From Azolla caroliniana (lineage: Eukaryota > Plantae > Polypodiophyta): a DNA stretch of 64,000 nt. Shown here in pieces: positions 43,111-57,700 of this stretch; the first letter of the stretch is position 1, and each line of letters starts with the position of its first letter. Where the stretch lies: NCBI GenBank assembly GCA_043228905.1, contig JBHGNT010000001.1, positions 11,036,001 through 11,100,000 of the forward strand. The letters are read 5' to 3'. The position numbers and the translations under genes are program-made. Below the pieces are notes generated by a model. That model ran no database searches and was not told the DNA's origin. It saw only the letters and a program-made list of their open reading frames with translations.

Positions 43111-46100
43111 CAAAGGTAAGCAACCTTCGTTTTGGAGCTATCAACGCATCTTGTTATGCATGCAATAAAATTTGACACATTGATTTAACTTTGGGCATCT
43201 TCTAAATTATATATGGAAAGGACCGCATCATGTGTGTATAAAAGCCTTCTCTTCACCGCCATCGTCTTACTTCACAAACTCTTCAACCATTTGTCCCAAT
43301 TCATTAGTGCACAAAGCAAATCGAGTTGGTAGAAAAATGTTTAAATTATATCTCCCATATGCACACGACATATCACATTCTCATATATTTGAGAAATTGC
43401 AAAACCTATATTCACTTGGCACATTAAGTTCTTCCACGAGTCGCCGAACATGCTCACAAGCATTATATAAAAAATCTCATTGTCTATGAAGCAGTCATAT
43501 AATCCTTTGCACGTTGAATGACTTCCCTCCATCAACATGTGAAGAATGGCAACATGATCGATGATGTTACATTTTTTTAAACCAACTAATATGACAATCG
43601 TTTATCATTGCTCCAACAAGAATTGCACAAATGTTCTTCCAATCTTGAGAAGGTAAACACTCATATAGGTCGAGACGTGGATAGTTTTTACATTACTTAA
43701 GTAGGTTTAAAATGAATAGAAGGTGACATACACATTATGAATAATGTAAGTGTGAATCTTAAGTCTTTGTCAATGGAAAGCACATGCACATGGCCTGCAT
43801 AGTCTTTTGAGAAAAAACATGTCAATGAAGACACACAAATAATTATTTAATGACAGACTTTCTCAATAAAAAGACATGACATCTCAGCATAACATGTGAA
43901 TGATCACTACAATAGATAAAAATTTACGATCCTCAAGGAAGTAAAGATGTTTATATATTATATAATTACCAAAGTATTGCTTTAAATATAAAGCAAAGAG
44001 GGATACACTACATTCTATCAAATTGCATGCTTTAGACATCATAGATCATGTAGAACACAATGCTCATAATATCATAATGCCTCCCAATATAGATTAGGGA
44101 ACTAAAGTTGGAGGTTTGTTGGGTTGATAGTGTGCTTATTCAACAAATGATTCACCTTTCTTTTTATAATCAATTGGTTCATGTAAATAGGATAAATTGC
44201 CACATACAAATTTATGGGTAAAGTTCAACCTTTTTGAAATATTCTAAACATCAAGAGATACCCATTTGCCCACACAAATAACATCTCGAACCATTATTTC
44301 AAACAAGTGCAAATACATATACAAACTTTTAGTGGTAAACTTTCCCATTTATATGCGTTGTCTATGCACAAATTGTGTAGAGGGCATGTTATGCATGCAT
44401 CAAGCGTATATGTACATATAAGAGTACACTAAAAGCACAATTTTACTACGCATTACTATGGAAGTAGTGGTTGAACATCCTTTGTTTGTCGCTGAACAAC
44501 CTTACCAATTGATCTACATTACTGTGATCTCTCTTTTGTCTCCCATTGTATATATATTACCTTATACCTATTCACTAAACAAGGAATAGTAAAATACCTT
44601 TATTGTTCCTTGAGATATATACATGATTGTTGTTGCATCCTCAAGTGTGTGTGTACTTTTTTCTCTCACTCAAACATTGTTTTTTATCGTTGATATTTAT
44701 GTACTTGTTTGCTGGTAGTAGCGTTCTATTGTCAAATGAGCAGTAACCACGATGACAAGCGTGATATAGTCAAATTGTTTACAAGCTACAATGCAAACAA
44801 TATTTGTACAACATTGTATTCAACAATGCATTGCAAAGCCAAAGCAAGCATATAAATACTCTTATGGTTTCTCTATTTAGGTTCTGAATCAAAGTCTTAT
44901 TTGTACATTAATGCAATAAATTGAGGAAAGTCATTTCCCCCCAAAAACAATGCATATAATGTATTATAATTATGTTATAGGTTCTTATTCTATATGTTTA
45001 TGCTTTCCCTCACTACGAGAATCAAGCATTTTTATATAGTATTGCCTTCTTCATCGAGTAAATCTTATCCAATATGGACATATAACATATCTACATATAT
45101 GATGGAGTAGAGTAAAATGTACACTGACAACCATCATGGGTAGGGAAGCTTAACATAGTTTGGCTTGGGATTTAGCCCCATAAGGATTATTATTAAAGGA
45201 AAATGATCCAAAATTATTGATGGCTGCAATATGATATATTGTGTATGTATTTGTTTTCTCAAATACTATAAGTCTGTATGTATAGACAAAGTCACACGAG
45301 TATACGTTTGAAGGAAGGACATGAATACTCGTTCGTATGCCCTTTCTATTACCACACAATTTTAGTTCACCGGAGTTGGTAACTGAAAAAATGTAAAATA
45401 TGAAGAGTACATACTTCTTTGTGACAACCATTGTTATCAATGTATGCTTGGATACAAGTAAGAGAATCTAAGTTTTTTCTTTGGTAAAAATGGCATACTA
45501 GTCCTCGTGAAATTGCCGTTTTGATTGAAATCAAAAGTATCATCACGATATTGCTAGCTTAGTTTAGTAGGTGCTCCCATGCATGAACTAGGAACTAGCC
45601 AATTTATGTACCGCATCTCAAGAGACAACATGTGAATGGCAAATTAAACAATAGTCTTCTATCTGGTGCTCGTAGGGCATTCGTAGGTACATGCGTTAAT
45701 ATCTAACCTCTTCGCTTCTAATGATCACTATAATGATTGTGGAGTTTGGAAGTGAATGACTTGACTCTGAAGGCAACCTAATAAAAGAGTTGGATGGGGG
45801 ACCTCATAGTTATTGGACCTATTTCCAACCACATATTGCTCGCATACTACTAGGTTGGCCTATCGACTCCGAAGAGGTTTATGTATATACGGTGTCATTG
45901 CAATTGCCTAAGCCAAGAGGTGAGTGAACACATGGAACAATTGAAGGGTTGTGGATACCCATGTCACATAGTTGGTTGGATAGTGGTGGCGAGCTGAAAA
46001 GCGCGAAAGCTAAATAAAAGAGTATACACATATTGTAATGTCGAGTGTTGAGTGAGAAGGGTTGTGAAAGAAAGGCAATTGAGAGCAAAGGAAATGTCCG

Positions 46101-46625
46101 GGCTTATTGGGGATCGTTGTCCGGACAAGTGGGCGGGGTCAATCAATTGTTGGTTGGTTCCTTTGGGTGTGGGTGTGGGTGTGGGTGTGTGGACCATGCG
46201 AAGAGAAGAGAAGAGATATGTATGTAGTTACTAGTAATAGAGAGAGAGGTAAGAAAATTGGGTTTCGAACCCAAGACGTAGTAGTCCTTGTAGTGTAATA
46301 ACTTACCACTAGTGGTAAGCTAATTCATTACAAAATAAATAAATAAATAAATAAAAATTGCTTTCTCTCAAAAACTAGAAGCAAGAAAAGATAAAAACCT
46401 AAGGCTTTTAAAAGCTTTCCAAAAGAAAGAAAAAGGCGATTTTTCATATTTCTTTAATTTTGGCATTTTTGTTATTTGTTTATTTCTTTTGGGGGAAAAG
46501 GACAGCTTACCACCAAATTTATGTAATGTAATAAATAATGTATGTATGTAGTAACTAGCCAGCGAACGAGCAACTGCTTCCTCTTCTTCTTCTTCTTCAA
46601 ATATCAAACCTTCTTCTTCCGCTAG

Positions 46626-46667
46626 CCCTAACCCTAACCCTAACCCTAACCCTAACCCTAACCCTAA
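46626..46667 (+). repeat. (CCCTAA)7 telobox-like tract in the promoter/5' UTR
   Basis: Seven perfect hexamers ~0.55 kb upstream of the ATG at 47224. Confidence 0.85.
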
Positions 46668-47223
46668 TTCCACGCTACCTCTATCTGCTTGTTTTTATCA
46701 GCTTCCTTCACCTCAGCATTACCTCCTTGTTGTCCACCATCATCATCTTCAGAGAATATATTCCTTCTTTATCTTCTTCCCGCTTCCCAGCGCGCGCGCA
46801 GACACAACACAGACACACTCCTCCCCCCCCCTTTCCTTCTCTCTATCTCTCCTGTCGCAGTTTTTTTTCTCCCTGTTTCCTTCCTTCCTTCTTCTGACCC
46901 TCCCCCACAGACAGATCTGAACCTTCCGTTTTTTGTTTCAACTCATTTCTTTCTTTGTGCAGTGTTGAGATAGGGTCTCAGACTTCCGCTATTATACATT
47001 CTGTACTGATGCGAGAACATTCAGATCTCTCCGACAGGGTGAATGTGTATTCTTCGTCATCATCATTCTTTTCTTCTTATCCAAATGCGTCACTCGGCAG
47101 ACATATTCGACGCTGTTTATAACGCCAATGATGTAGTAAATGCGAGACTTTCCACTCGGTGTGGTTGTGAAGGAAAAAAGGAAGAAGAAAAAGAAGACAA
47201 GGACGCCATAGCTGCAGGATTAA

Positions 47224-50200
47224 ATGGGAAAATTCGAAGAGGAAGAAGGCGCGACAGTTTCTAACTCCGAGGAAAGAGATCCGACATCAGAAACGAACTC
47301 TTGCTTCTGTATACAGTTTTCATTGAGATGCTTACTACCTGTTGTTCTCGGTTTTTATGTGTTGGTATTTGCGGTATGGTTGATTTTCTCTCGTGGCGGT
47401 GATGGAGGGAATGCCTTCGCTCCTTCGTCAGATTCATGGAAACGTAAGCCTTTTACTCTCTCTCTCTCTCTCTCTCTCTTTCAATGTTGCATATGCTTCT
47501 GTGATGATGAAGAATGTGCATTCAGATATTTAAGGAACGTAGACATGACTTGATAACTCTCACAAAGATGTGCACGCAGCTGTGTAAACGAAAACATAAT
47601 GATAACTCTTACAACCATACAATGATGCATAGAGCATGGTCAAATTGCTTACACACAGACTGTCTATCCCAAAAATTCAGCACTGAATTCTATCCGGCAT
47701 TCCATTTCTTCAACACATCCTACAGTCAGTATATGCCTCAAAAAGTTCTCTTTATAAGAGGGAATGGGTAAATTATCCAAGCTTCCTCATGGTTTGCAAG
47801 ATCTCTCTTCAAATAATGGAACTATAACTCAAATAATAACCAGTATGATAGCATTGTTTTATACTGTAAGATTTACATGTTTACACATTTTACAAAAGTT
47901 CTTTTATATGCGTCTTTCAAATAAGCAGAAATTGGCTGTATAGTAAACTAGTTAGAAATTATAGAATGTTTATTCATGGATATATCCATGGTATACATAC
48001 ATAGAGGGGGTTTCAGAAAGTTTAATTTTCTGTTGGAGATCTACGGTTATTTGATGACCATATTTTGAAGAAAACTGGAGGAAATTGGATTAGATTTAGG
48101 TTTCATAAGGAGGAAAAGGATGAGGAAGAGGAACGAAGTTCAGCTTTCATATGAAGGGAGGGAGATGATGTTGTAGCGTGCATATGTCAAACATTAGATA
48201 AATGTTTTAGCACTATATTTGATCCTCTCATCATCATAATTCTATATCAACATTATAAAAATAGATAACATCATAGGCCACTCACATCAGATAATTGTCA
48301 AGGATCTTATTGTAATGGTTATTCTGCATAATCAGCCATGGACTTGCCAAAGAGACTAGACACAATAGATGACTATGAGTGATTCTGAATGAATATGGCT
48401 TATTTTAGCATCCTTCTTATGTTTTGTCAGCTCATATTGAAGCAAGCTTTAGGCTGCGGAAGTCAGCCACAGCGATCAATGCTAGCCTTACACAACTTCA
48501 ACTCGACTTGCAAAATGAGATTGGTATCCCAGATACCCAGGTATCACTGAAGTTATTTGTTTGTTAATGTGTTCCTACAATGGGTTTCTGATTTTTTGAA
48601 AAACTCCAAATTACCTGTACTTTTCTGCATTTCCTGTATTCAACATTCTCAACCCCCGAAATAGAGAAAAGTGGGTTGAATTGATTATAGGGAAAAGTAC
48701 CAGGATACCCTTGGAAGTTCTTCTATTTACCAGAATGCCCCTGGAAGTTCCAAATTTACCAAACTACCCCTATGTCCAAAAAATTACACTTTATAAAGTA
48801 ATTATACACTCAAATTTACAAGCCCTATTTACCAAATATTTGAGTGTATAATTACTTTATAAAGTGTAATTTTTTGGACATAGGGGTAGTTTGGTAAATT
48901 TGGAACTTCTAGGGGCATTCTGGTAAATAGACGAACTTCCAAGGGTATCCTGGTACTTTTCCCTTGATTATATAATTGGTCAAATAGCACATATGACTGA
49001 GGAAAATGGGATGCATTGTCTATATAGTGGCTATTTTGGGAGCTGACTAAACGCATTTGCAGAAATAATGAAAACCAGGGTATTTGAGGAAATGAAAAAA
49101 AACTCTGGGGTGTTTTGTGCTTTTTTTCCCTTTTTTTCTTATTGCTTGGTCATTGATGATGTGAATTTGCAGATTGATATTATTGCCCTAGTTCAATTGC
49201 CACCGTCAAATTGGACAGAAGTTCGCTTCTCAGTTTCTCCTGATCCTTCAAATGAATCCATAGCCCCTGCAGAGATAAGCCTATTGAAGGACACATTTAT
49301 AGAGCTCTTCATGCAACGAGCAGAAAACTTGTCCCTCACAAATGATATATTTGGAGAAGTTTCTCATTTTGAAGTGCTGCATTTCCCAGGTGGAATCACA
49401 GTGGTTCCAGAACAACCAGGATTTCCTCTCTCCAAAGTTCTTGTTCTCTTCAATTTTACACTTCACAACTCTCTTTCACATATCACTAGTAACTTTGCCG
49501 AGTTCAGGAATCAGCTTGCAAATGGGATTGTTTTAAAGCCCAATGAGGTACTTTCCATGGCTTCCCCTTAATCTTTATTCAGATTTACAAGCATAGTTCC
49601 CACGGGGAAATACCCCTTTCTAGGGAAGAATAACCGATTATTTATTTATTTCCACTGATTCTTGTTGGTGAAGTGCTGAAAGTTAGAAAAGGGGATGTAC
49701 TGTTTTTCCAAGTGCTCAAATAGCAGATATAATTGAGGTTGAGCAAGGGCATTTGTGAATAGTAAAAACTTAGGAATATTTGATATAGAAAATCAAAGGG
49801 GTATTTTGTAGTTTTCTGCTAGTTCATATTATTAGTAGACTTTTTCAAGTGATAACACATGCTTTGGAAATGTGCAGAACCTATTTGTGCAGTTGACGAA
49901 TCTAGATGGATCAACCCTAAAATCTCCGCTCATTGTACAGACATCCATCTTACCTGTGGTAGGTGTTCTGCTTCCGAGTATGAGACTTAAGCAGTTAGCA
50001 CAAGAGATCTTAGCATCTCCACAAAGGAACCTTGGATTGAACCACACTTTATTTGGGAAAGTAAAGGAAATTGAGTTATCTTCTTATCTTGAGTACACAC
50101 TCAGACCTACGCAAGCACCTAGTCCCTCTCCAACACCTACACCTACACATACTCCTGCACCATCTCCTTTGTTTAAACCCGATTGGGAATGTAGTCCATG

Positions 50201-51025
50201 TTCTCCTCACAAGGCACAAGTTAAGCAAAGAGCTTATGAGGGTTCTCCATTGGAAGCTACTTCATATACAACCAAAAGAGGAGGTTGTGGTTGTTCTCAA
50301 AATGACCGCCATCATGGTCATAATTCATGGCACAGTGGTGGATTGACTCCAAGCTCATCTACATTAACCCCATCACCTAAGTGCTATGCTCTGCCACCTT
50401 CGAGTTCATCATCACATTCATCGAATGCTCCTTACTACTCCCCATCGCCTTTACCATGCCCACCTTTGGAGATGGCACCGTTGCCCGCAGGGAAAAGTCC
50501 CTCTACACATAGGAACCCTTCTAAATGGAAATCTCCATTAACATCACCATATTCACAACCACCTTCATCAATAGCACCACCTGACAGAGGAACATCTCAT
50601 CTCTCTGATGGCCCGATTCAAGCTGAGGTTCCAACTTTCTTCAAAGCTCCATTGCAAGCTCCAGAAGGTTTTACCCCAGGTCCTATATTTGGACATTCTC
50701 CAACCTCCTCTGGTGGGTTCTATTTTTCTTTATAATCTATAAAACAACACTGAAATACAGCTGAATTGTTGAAATTTACAAAATATCCCTTAAATTGAAA
50801 ATACGTATTAGACGAACCCTATAGCAAAAACTTGCTACTACTGAGGGGTTTCTGTTAGTTTGTCATAATCTTTGGGTTATTCTCGTAATACCCTGTGTTT
50901 TCTCTAATATTCTTAATGGAGTTTCATGTTCACTGAACTGTTTCTCTATGTTTGCAGCTGCCATATTAAATGCCCATTCATGGATTTTTTCTGTTATGGT
51001 AATTTTGCTGCTTGGGATATGCTAA
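47224..51025 (+). CDS. DUF7036-like membrane-anchored protein with a Pro/Ser-rich tail (At3g56590/At1g10790-like family)
   Basis: Exons 47224-47443, 48431-48540, 49173-49547, 49878-50712 and 50958-51025, all GT-AG and in phase. N-terminal TM segment, ASF.L.K, FEVLHFPGGITVVP, LFNFTLHNS, LTNLDGST, GLNHTLFGKVKEIELSSYL, hydrophobic C-terminus. Confidence 0.88.
48690..48963. mobile_element. Mutator-like MITE in intron 2
   Basis: ~126-bp TIRs (48690-48815, 48838-48963) starting GGGAAAAG, with a 9-bp TSD TTGATTATA. Confidence 0.93.
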
Positions 51026-52885
51026 TATACCAAACACGATGCAGTGCATGGATATTAAGTGTCAGCTCTAAGAGTTGAGAACTGTTGTGGGAACGATGTA
51101 CTACATGTTCTATAGAACAAACCTCATGTATACTACTGGAGAGACTGGTATAAAGGGCTGCAATTTGGCCCTATTCCAGGATAAGATATCTCACATTTCG
51201 ATAGCTAAAGTTTAAAAAAAAAAAACCAAGAATTGGACAAAAAAAGAAAAAGGCTTTTTGGGGGTTGCTCTTGGCTTGTTACTATGGAAAAGCTAAACGT
51301 GCTGTGTAGAAACATGCCAAGTTATGTCTTACATTTTTATTGGCTAGCAACTGGCTCAAAAATTAATATTTGTTTTAGTTGGTATCCCTTCCAACCATGT
51401 TTTGCACCAAAAATATACTATGGTAACCTTGAAGGCTAAAATCTAGCTTTTTTCAGTATATTTCTGTAGTGCTGATTTAAGATATTTCAAAAGAGCCATT
51501 CATGTAAGTGCAGTGTTAAGAGGTTTCCAAAGTCAGATAATTTTGATGTATCAAAATAACCTTTATGTATATATAGTATGCTAAGCTTTGGCTTAAAGAT
51601 ATTCTGGGGTTTGGATATTGTGACAAAATAATCTAGTGGTTAATGGGAGTTAATAATTCTACATCTTTCTAGAAATACAATATAAACTAGTGGTTCAACG
51701 GAATCAACACTTCCACATGATTTTATGAAAGTTATTCACTCCAGCTAAAATTTCTGAGTCACTTCTGAAGGATAATTTTTCCTTATGGCACTTCTTCTTG
51801 TGGTTTCATATATGTCATCTCTATATTTTATGAGCCAATTCTCCAGTTAATCCTTATAGGCAAATTCGTTTCTCAATACAAATTGTTGAATCAATTATTC
51901 ATGGAATTGATAGGGAATGTAACATGATTTCCTTTGTGATGGTGCAGGGTATTAATGTACTGATTTCCAATGAATGCAATTTTTTTATGGATGTGTTATT
52001 ATAGTGGTGTTACCTGAAGAGTGATAGGTTTGCTTTCTTTTTCATACTTGAACTTCCCCTCATCCACTAAATTATGGTTAATGCTTGACCATTTTAGCTG
52101 TCTATGGGATAGGCATATACGTACATCAGAAAATGATTCACAACTTCTGTAGCTGTATAGCAATATCAGCTTATGGCAAATTAAGATGGATAATAAGAGA
52201 TAGATAGCTTGAACGGTTCCATTATGTTGAGCTGCTGTATCCGACACATGTTAAAACATAACAATTAGGTCATTGCTGGCAACTGTTGAATAAGTTTCAC
52301 CCAAATTGCACATAACAAAGCTATTGCAAATAAACCTATGTGACCAACATTATCATGATGTTTTGTTTCACACTTCATCATAGCAATTGTTACCATCATC
52401 TATGGCTTGTTAAAGTGGGATTTCCAAAATCAAGGGTAGTGGTCTAGCAATAGTGTATCCAACGTAAGGATATCCCATCCTATCCTTCTTGTTCTCTGTA
52501 CTTGAAATAGGCACGTGCATAGTTGAGGATGGCAAGGAGCTGATACACAATAGAAAAATGATAGTAAATCTTAAATCTAAAAAAAGTGGTGCAACACAAG
52601 GTTTCATAATTAGTCTGATCCCCATATATCATTAATGTATTATTATTTCAGAAAAAGAATTGATCCGTGCAAAATGATTATATACAATCAGAAAGTGGCA
52701 GAAGACTCTGAATTGAGCGTGTTTTATTATTGTTTCCATACTTACAAAATATATTACATTAAATCATGTGCCATTTATAACCTATACACAGTGACAGAAA
52801 ATGCTGTGGTGAGTATGTTGATAAATGCAATCTGATGAAAAAATAAACAAAAATACATTTGGGCTGTGAGCTTTCGAGAATTTGA

Positions 52886-54063
52886 TCATACAGAAGGTTG
52901 TACACTACCAGATGCTGCCATATTATTACTAGATCCTTTCCGACTCAAGGCAGCATTCAGATGATTATTCATGCTCTTCATCATTCCTTTTGCCTTATTC
53001 TTTACTCGATGTCTCTTCGATGGGTTTTCAGACCTTTCATCATCTTGTTGCTCTGAATCTGTTCCAATATCATTTTCTGCCACCACTTCTGTTTCTTCAA
53101 CTCCAATTGATGGATCACCATCTACAGATTTCCGTGCGCTCAGTCGAACAAACTGTACATCACTCATGTTTTTTTCTTTGGCATCCTTACTCTCTTCTTC
53201 AAAATATGTCGATACTTTCTCAATCTTCGGCTCTGGAGACTGCCTTTGACGTCTGTCTTTAGTTGCAGAATGCTCCCCTGGGCTAACGATTGATATATAA
53301 CCATTGTCCTTATTGCCTAATCTTATTACCTCGAACTTCTCAATAGGATATTCTTCCTCCAAAGCATAGTCTGGAGGAAGAACTTCTTTGAGCCGACTGT
53401 CTTGCACCTATATTTTCGTCAAAAAGAGATGAATGCTAATTAAAATGACAGAAAAGATGCAGCAAATCAGAAGTACACATAATACAACAATGTTTCTCAG
53501 TATATATATGCAATTATACTTTTTCACGTTCAACCACTGTCACAGATATATGCAGCTCTCCTGTTGTAACATCTTCAAGAGCTATCCAGAAATCATTGCA
53601 CTGACCATTTCTGTATTTAGCTAGGTTGATTGAGCAAAACCTGAAACAAGAATAGCATACAAAAATTATACCTTGCTTTTAAATGAAGCTGTATCAGAGT
53701 CAAGGTAACAAGGAACCATATACACTAGCTAAAGTACAGAAAATTGGGCAAATCCTTCAAAATCTTGGAATAGAGAAAAGCGCAGTCACAGAGAAGTAAA
53801 TCTAGAAAAATCCTTGAAAACATGGCCATTTTCCATTGTATATAAATACATATTAGAGGTCAGGTAAATATACCCTTACCCTAGCTTGTCATCATAAATA
53901 GTATCCTTGTCATATAGACGGAGGGATAAGGGAGGTAAATTTTCCCAGCTGAAAATCTGAATATCAAAATCTTGGAACCACTTTGGATTGAGTGTATTCT
54001 TCTGAATCTTTGTTGTAAACTTTTCATTTGCACAAGACCCCTTCACAAATGGATCTGCCAAAC
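52886..54063 (-). CDS. 3' exons of a C2-domain protein (NTMC2T6/At1g53590-like); upstream exons not seen in the window
   Basis: Exon 54063-53880 reads LADPFVKG..FTTKIQKNTLNPKW..I.SWE..L.LYDKD..DDKLG. Last exon 53407-52886 has KFEVIRL..GYISIVSPG. The linking exon(s) were not resolved. Confidence 0.65.
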
Positions 54064-54583
54064 CTGAGAAAAAAATGCATGATATTTAGAGATCACAATC
54101 TGCACTATTTGGTTGCTACAATGCAGTAGTAGTTCTCCATATTGAGAATGCATAGATATTGGTTTATCATGGCATAGAATTAAATAACACCTTTAATAAA
54201 CCCTATAATTACACTAATCAAATAGTTTCCATATTGGTGGTAACATTCACAAATCAATGTTAAATAGAATTCTCTATGAGATAGATTAACTTGCACACAG
54301 ATGGCACTACTAGACCAGCGCATACACTTGTTAAATCTCTAGCTTCCGTTGTTTCAGATACTGTCTCATTGAACACTGATGCTATACAAGCATTTTATTG
54401 GTTTTTTTTGTTAATAGAAAAATAATATTGGAAACACATTTTTTTGTTTTGATTAAATGATTTTAGTAGTCTCCAACGAAAATAAGAAAGGGTGTATTAT
54501 TTTATGTTTTTACAAAACACTATGAGAGAAGGTAATAGCTCAGATCAGCCATAAAAACTGAGGAATAAGGACATATCATGATG

Positions 54584-54730
54584 AATATGAAATAGAGAAT
54601 ATAGTAGGAAATAAGTACATAAAGTTAATAATATACAACAGAGGGAAGAAGTGAGGCTAGACAATATGAAATAGAGAATATAATAGGGAATAAGTACATA
54701 AAGTTAATAATATGAAACAGAGGGAAGAAG
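54584..54730 (+). repeat. ~79-bp tandem duplication
   Basis: AATATGAAATAGAGAATATA..AAGTACATAAAGTTAATAATAT..CAGAGGGAAGAAG occurs twice. Confidence 0.75.
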
Positions 54731-57700
54731 CATGAGAAAGGCTGAAGGACAAAAAAAATAAAATTGCAGCTCAGCCTAAAAAGTTAAATGTTTCCCATAT
54801 TTAGGAAAGTACAAGGTATAGATTCAAATTCCATCAATAAAGGATAAATAGTGAATATAACTCCTGAATCAGCAATATTTCTAAATTATAAGTACTAGAC
54901 GCCATAGGACGCTACAACACAGGATTGGCTGGAGAAACATAACTAATAACTAGTGCGGCCTATAGGAAAATAAATGCTTTGAATGTGGACATGTTTTTAA
55001 ATAATTTTTATCTGTTTTTTCGCAATTTTGTTCCATTTTAAGGGATACAATAGACCCAAGAAGATCAAAACAATGCAACATGGCAGTAATTTCAAATCAT
55101 AAGTACCAGAAGCAAGAGGAGGCTACAGCACAGGATGTTGTGTTCTTCCTCCTCATGGGGCCGGCTGAAAGTCGGCTTACGGCTAAGAGTCGTTAGAATT
55201 GGCTAAGGGACAAAAATGCACATTATGTATGTATATATATATATGTACTTGGAAAAGAAGATTATGTGAATGTATAATGCTGTATGCAGAACAGTGTGTA
55301 AGATATTCAGAGATAGAGAGTACTCTACAGTGTTTTGTGAGACTCAGAAGAGACACAAGGCGACTTCAGAAGATGACTTGCAGGTGTTGTTGCACCACCA
55401 TCTCTGAGCGAGCTGTCATCATACTAGGTTTTATCGCTCCGTGTTTTTTTCTTATTGTTCTCTGTGTGTTTCTGTCCATTTGTTGGACGAAATTGTATCA
55501 AGGTTGTGGCCTTGAGATCTGGTATTCCCCTAGTGATCTAGGGAGGTTGGAACTATCTGTATACACTCCTACACAGTGAAGTTTTGGTGCCCTGAAGGTC
55601 CCATGGTTTTTCCTGTTTTAGGGTTTTCCACGTAAATACTTTGTGTCACTGTTTTACAGTTTGTTTTGTTTTTCTCTTAAGATGTAATCTCTTGTTTGGT
55701 CTTATAGGCCATTTTGGCCTCTTAAATGATGTTAATATATCTTTCTTTCTTTCTGTTGTAAAATTGTATTCCCGAGTGGTCAGTAGTAGCTTGACAGGCC
55801 GGCTGATTCCTTCCTCTAATATTTTCAAACTGGTAATCAGAGCAGTAGGTTTAGATGGAGGGGAAAATGAGTGGCTTCCCGGGAATGATTGTGTTGGGAC
55901 TCCCACAACTACTCTGACTAGAAGATCAAGATGGAGAATCTCCTAATAGTTAGGCATTTGTATGAGCCGATCTATATGAATGAAGTGTCGACTGGGGTAG
56001 TTGAATCCGAGTGGAAAATGCTTAATAGAAAGGCCGTAGCAACTATCAGACAGTTTGTTGACGTGAGCATCCTCCAACATGTGACAAATGACACAAATGC
56101 CTTCGCGCTGTGGCATAAGCTTGCCGGCATGTATCAGAGGAAAAATGCTCTTACCAAGGCATCCCTGATGAGAAAACTGGTGAGGCTGAAGTACACAGAT
56201 GGTGATAACATTGTGGTGCACACCGGTAAATTCATGTTCTTAGTGAACCAACTGGCTTCAGCCAAGATGCCTTTAGATGATGATATACAAGCTCTGTTGC
56301 TACTTTCTTCCCTACTAGACAGCCGGAAAACCCTAGTAGTGTCACTAAGCAACTCTTGTCAAGAAGAGAATTTGTCTTTAGAGGTAGTAAAGACAAGTCT
56401 TCTGAATGAAGAGACGAGAAGAAAATAAATGGGTGCTTCGTCTCAATCAGAAGCAAATGTGGCACAAGATCCCAGTAGAGGGAATCGTGACCAGTCTAGA
56501 GGGATGTCAAAAGCTAAGGGAAAAGTCACATGTTTCTACTGTGGGACACTGGGACATTTCCAAAAGAATTGTCGATACTTTAAGAGAGACAAAGGAAATG
56601 TTGATAGTGCTGAGCCGAAGAAAATTTCAGAAGAGAAAAGTACCTCAGCCATTGCAGCCAGTGAAGAAGAGCTTAGTGAACAAGCATGTGTGTCCGGTGC
56701 ATCATTTCATCTAACTCCCAAGAGAGAATGCTTCTCATCATATATAGCTGGTCACTATGGCCATGTTAAGATGGGGAATGATGGGTCATGCAAAATTGTT
56801 GGAATAGGAAATGTTTGTTTGTTAACATCTACTGGCTGTAGGTTAACGCTGAAAGATGTACGCCATGTTCCGATGTTAGATTGAATCTAATATCGGCCGG
56901 ACAGCTTGATGATGAAGGCTACAGTGGTAGCTTTCAGAATGGTACTTGGAAATTTTGCAAGGGAAGTGAGATTGTGGCTTGAGCACAAAAGCATAACACA
57001 TTATGTGTCATGCATGCAAAATTGTGCCGAGATGAGGTCAATGTGGTGGCCGACTGAAATGGAGAGTTATGGCATAAGAGGCTTGGCCACATGAATGAGA
57101 GGGGGATCTCCAATGAGGAGAGAACATGCCTTAGAACTGGCCCATATAGATGTACGCTATGTGGATGCTAAGTCACATCATGGTGCACAATACTTTGTAA
57201 CCTTCATTGATGATGACAACAGAAAGTTGTGGGCTTTCGTGCTGAAGAGTAAAGACCAGGTGTTGACGGTCTTCAAGGAGTTTCAAGCCAAAGTTGAAAG
57301 AGAATCCGGACAAAAGTTGAAGACTGTCTGGACAGGCAATGGCGGTGAGTACCAGGGTCAATTTGAGTTGTATTGCAAGAGTCAAGGTATCAAACTTGAG
57401 TATACAGTGCCAAAGACACCTGAGCTGAATGGTCGGGTAGAGAAGATGAACAGGACCATAATGGAGAGGATGAGAAGCATGCTTTCACATGCAAAATTGC
57501 CGAAGTCATATTGGGCCGAGGCAATGATGACAGCTGTTTATCTCATAAACAGGTCCCCCTCAGTGCTCTAAATGGTGATGTCCCACAGAGGGTGTGGACA
57601 AGAAGAAATATCTCCTACCAACACTTGAGAGTGTTCGGATGCTTGGCTTATATGCATGTTGCAAAAGATCAAAGGTCAAAGCTGGACAGCAAGTCCAAGC

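Noticed and set aside
43110-43680. Possible decayed coding fragment on the minus strand
   Set aside because: It looks coding-like but has many stops and no motif I can assign.
46626-46667. Interstitial telomere or chromosome fusion scar
   Set aside because: Only 42 bp and at a gene 5' end; better explained as a telobox-like microsatellite.
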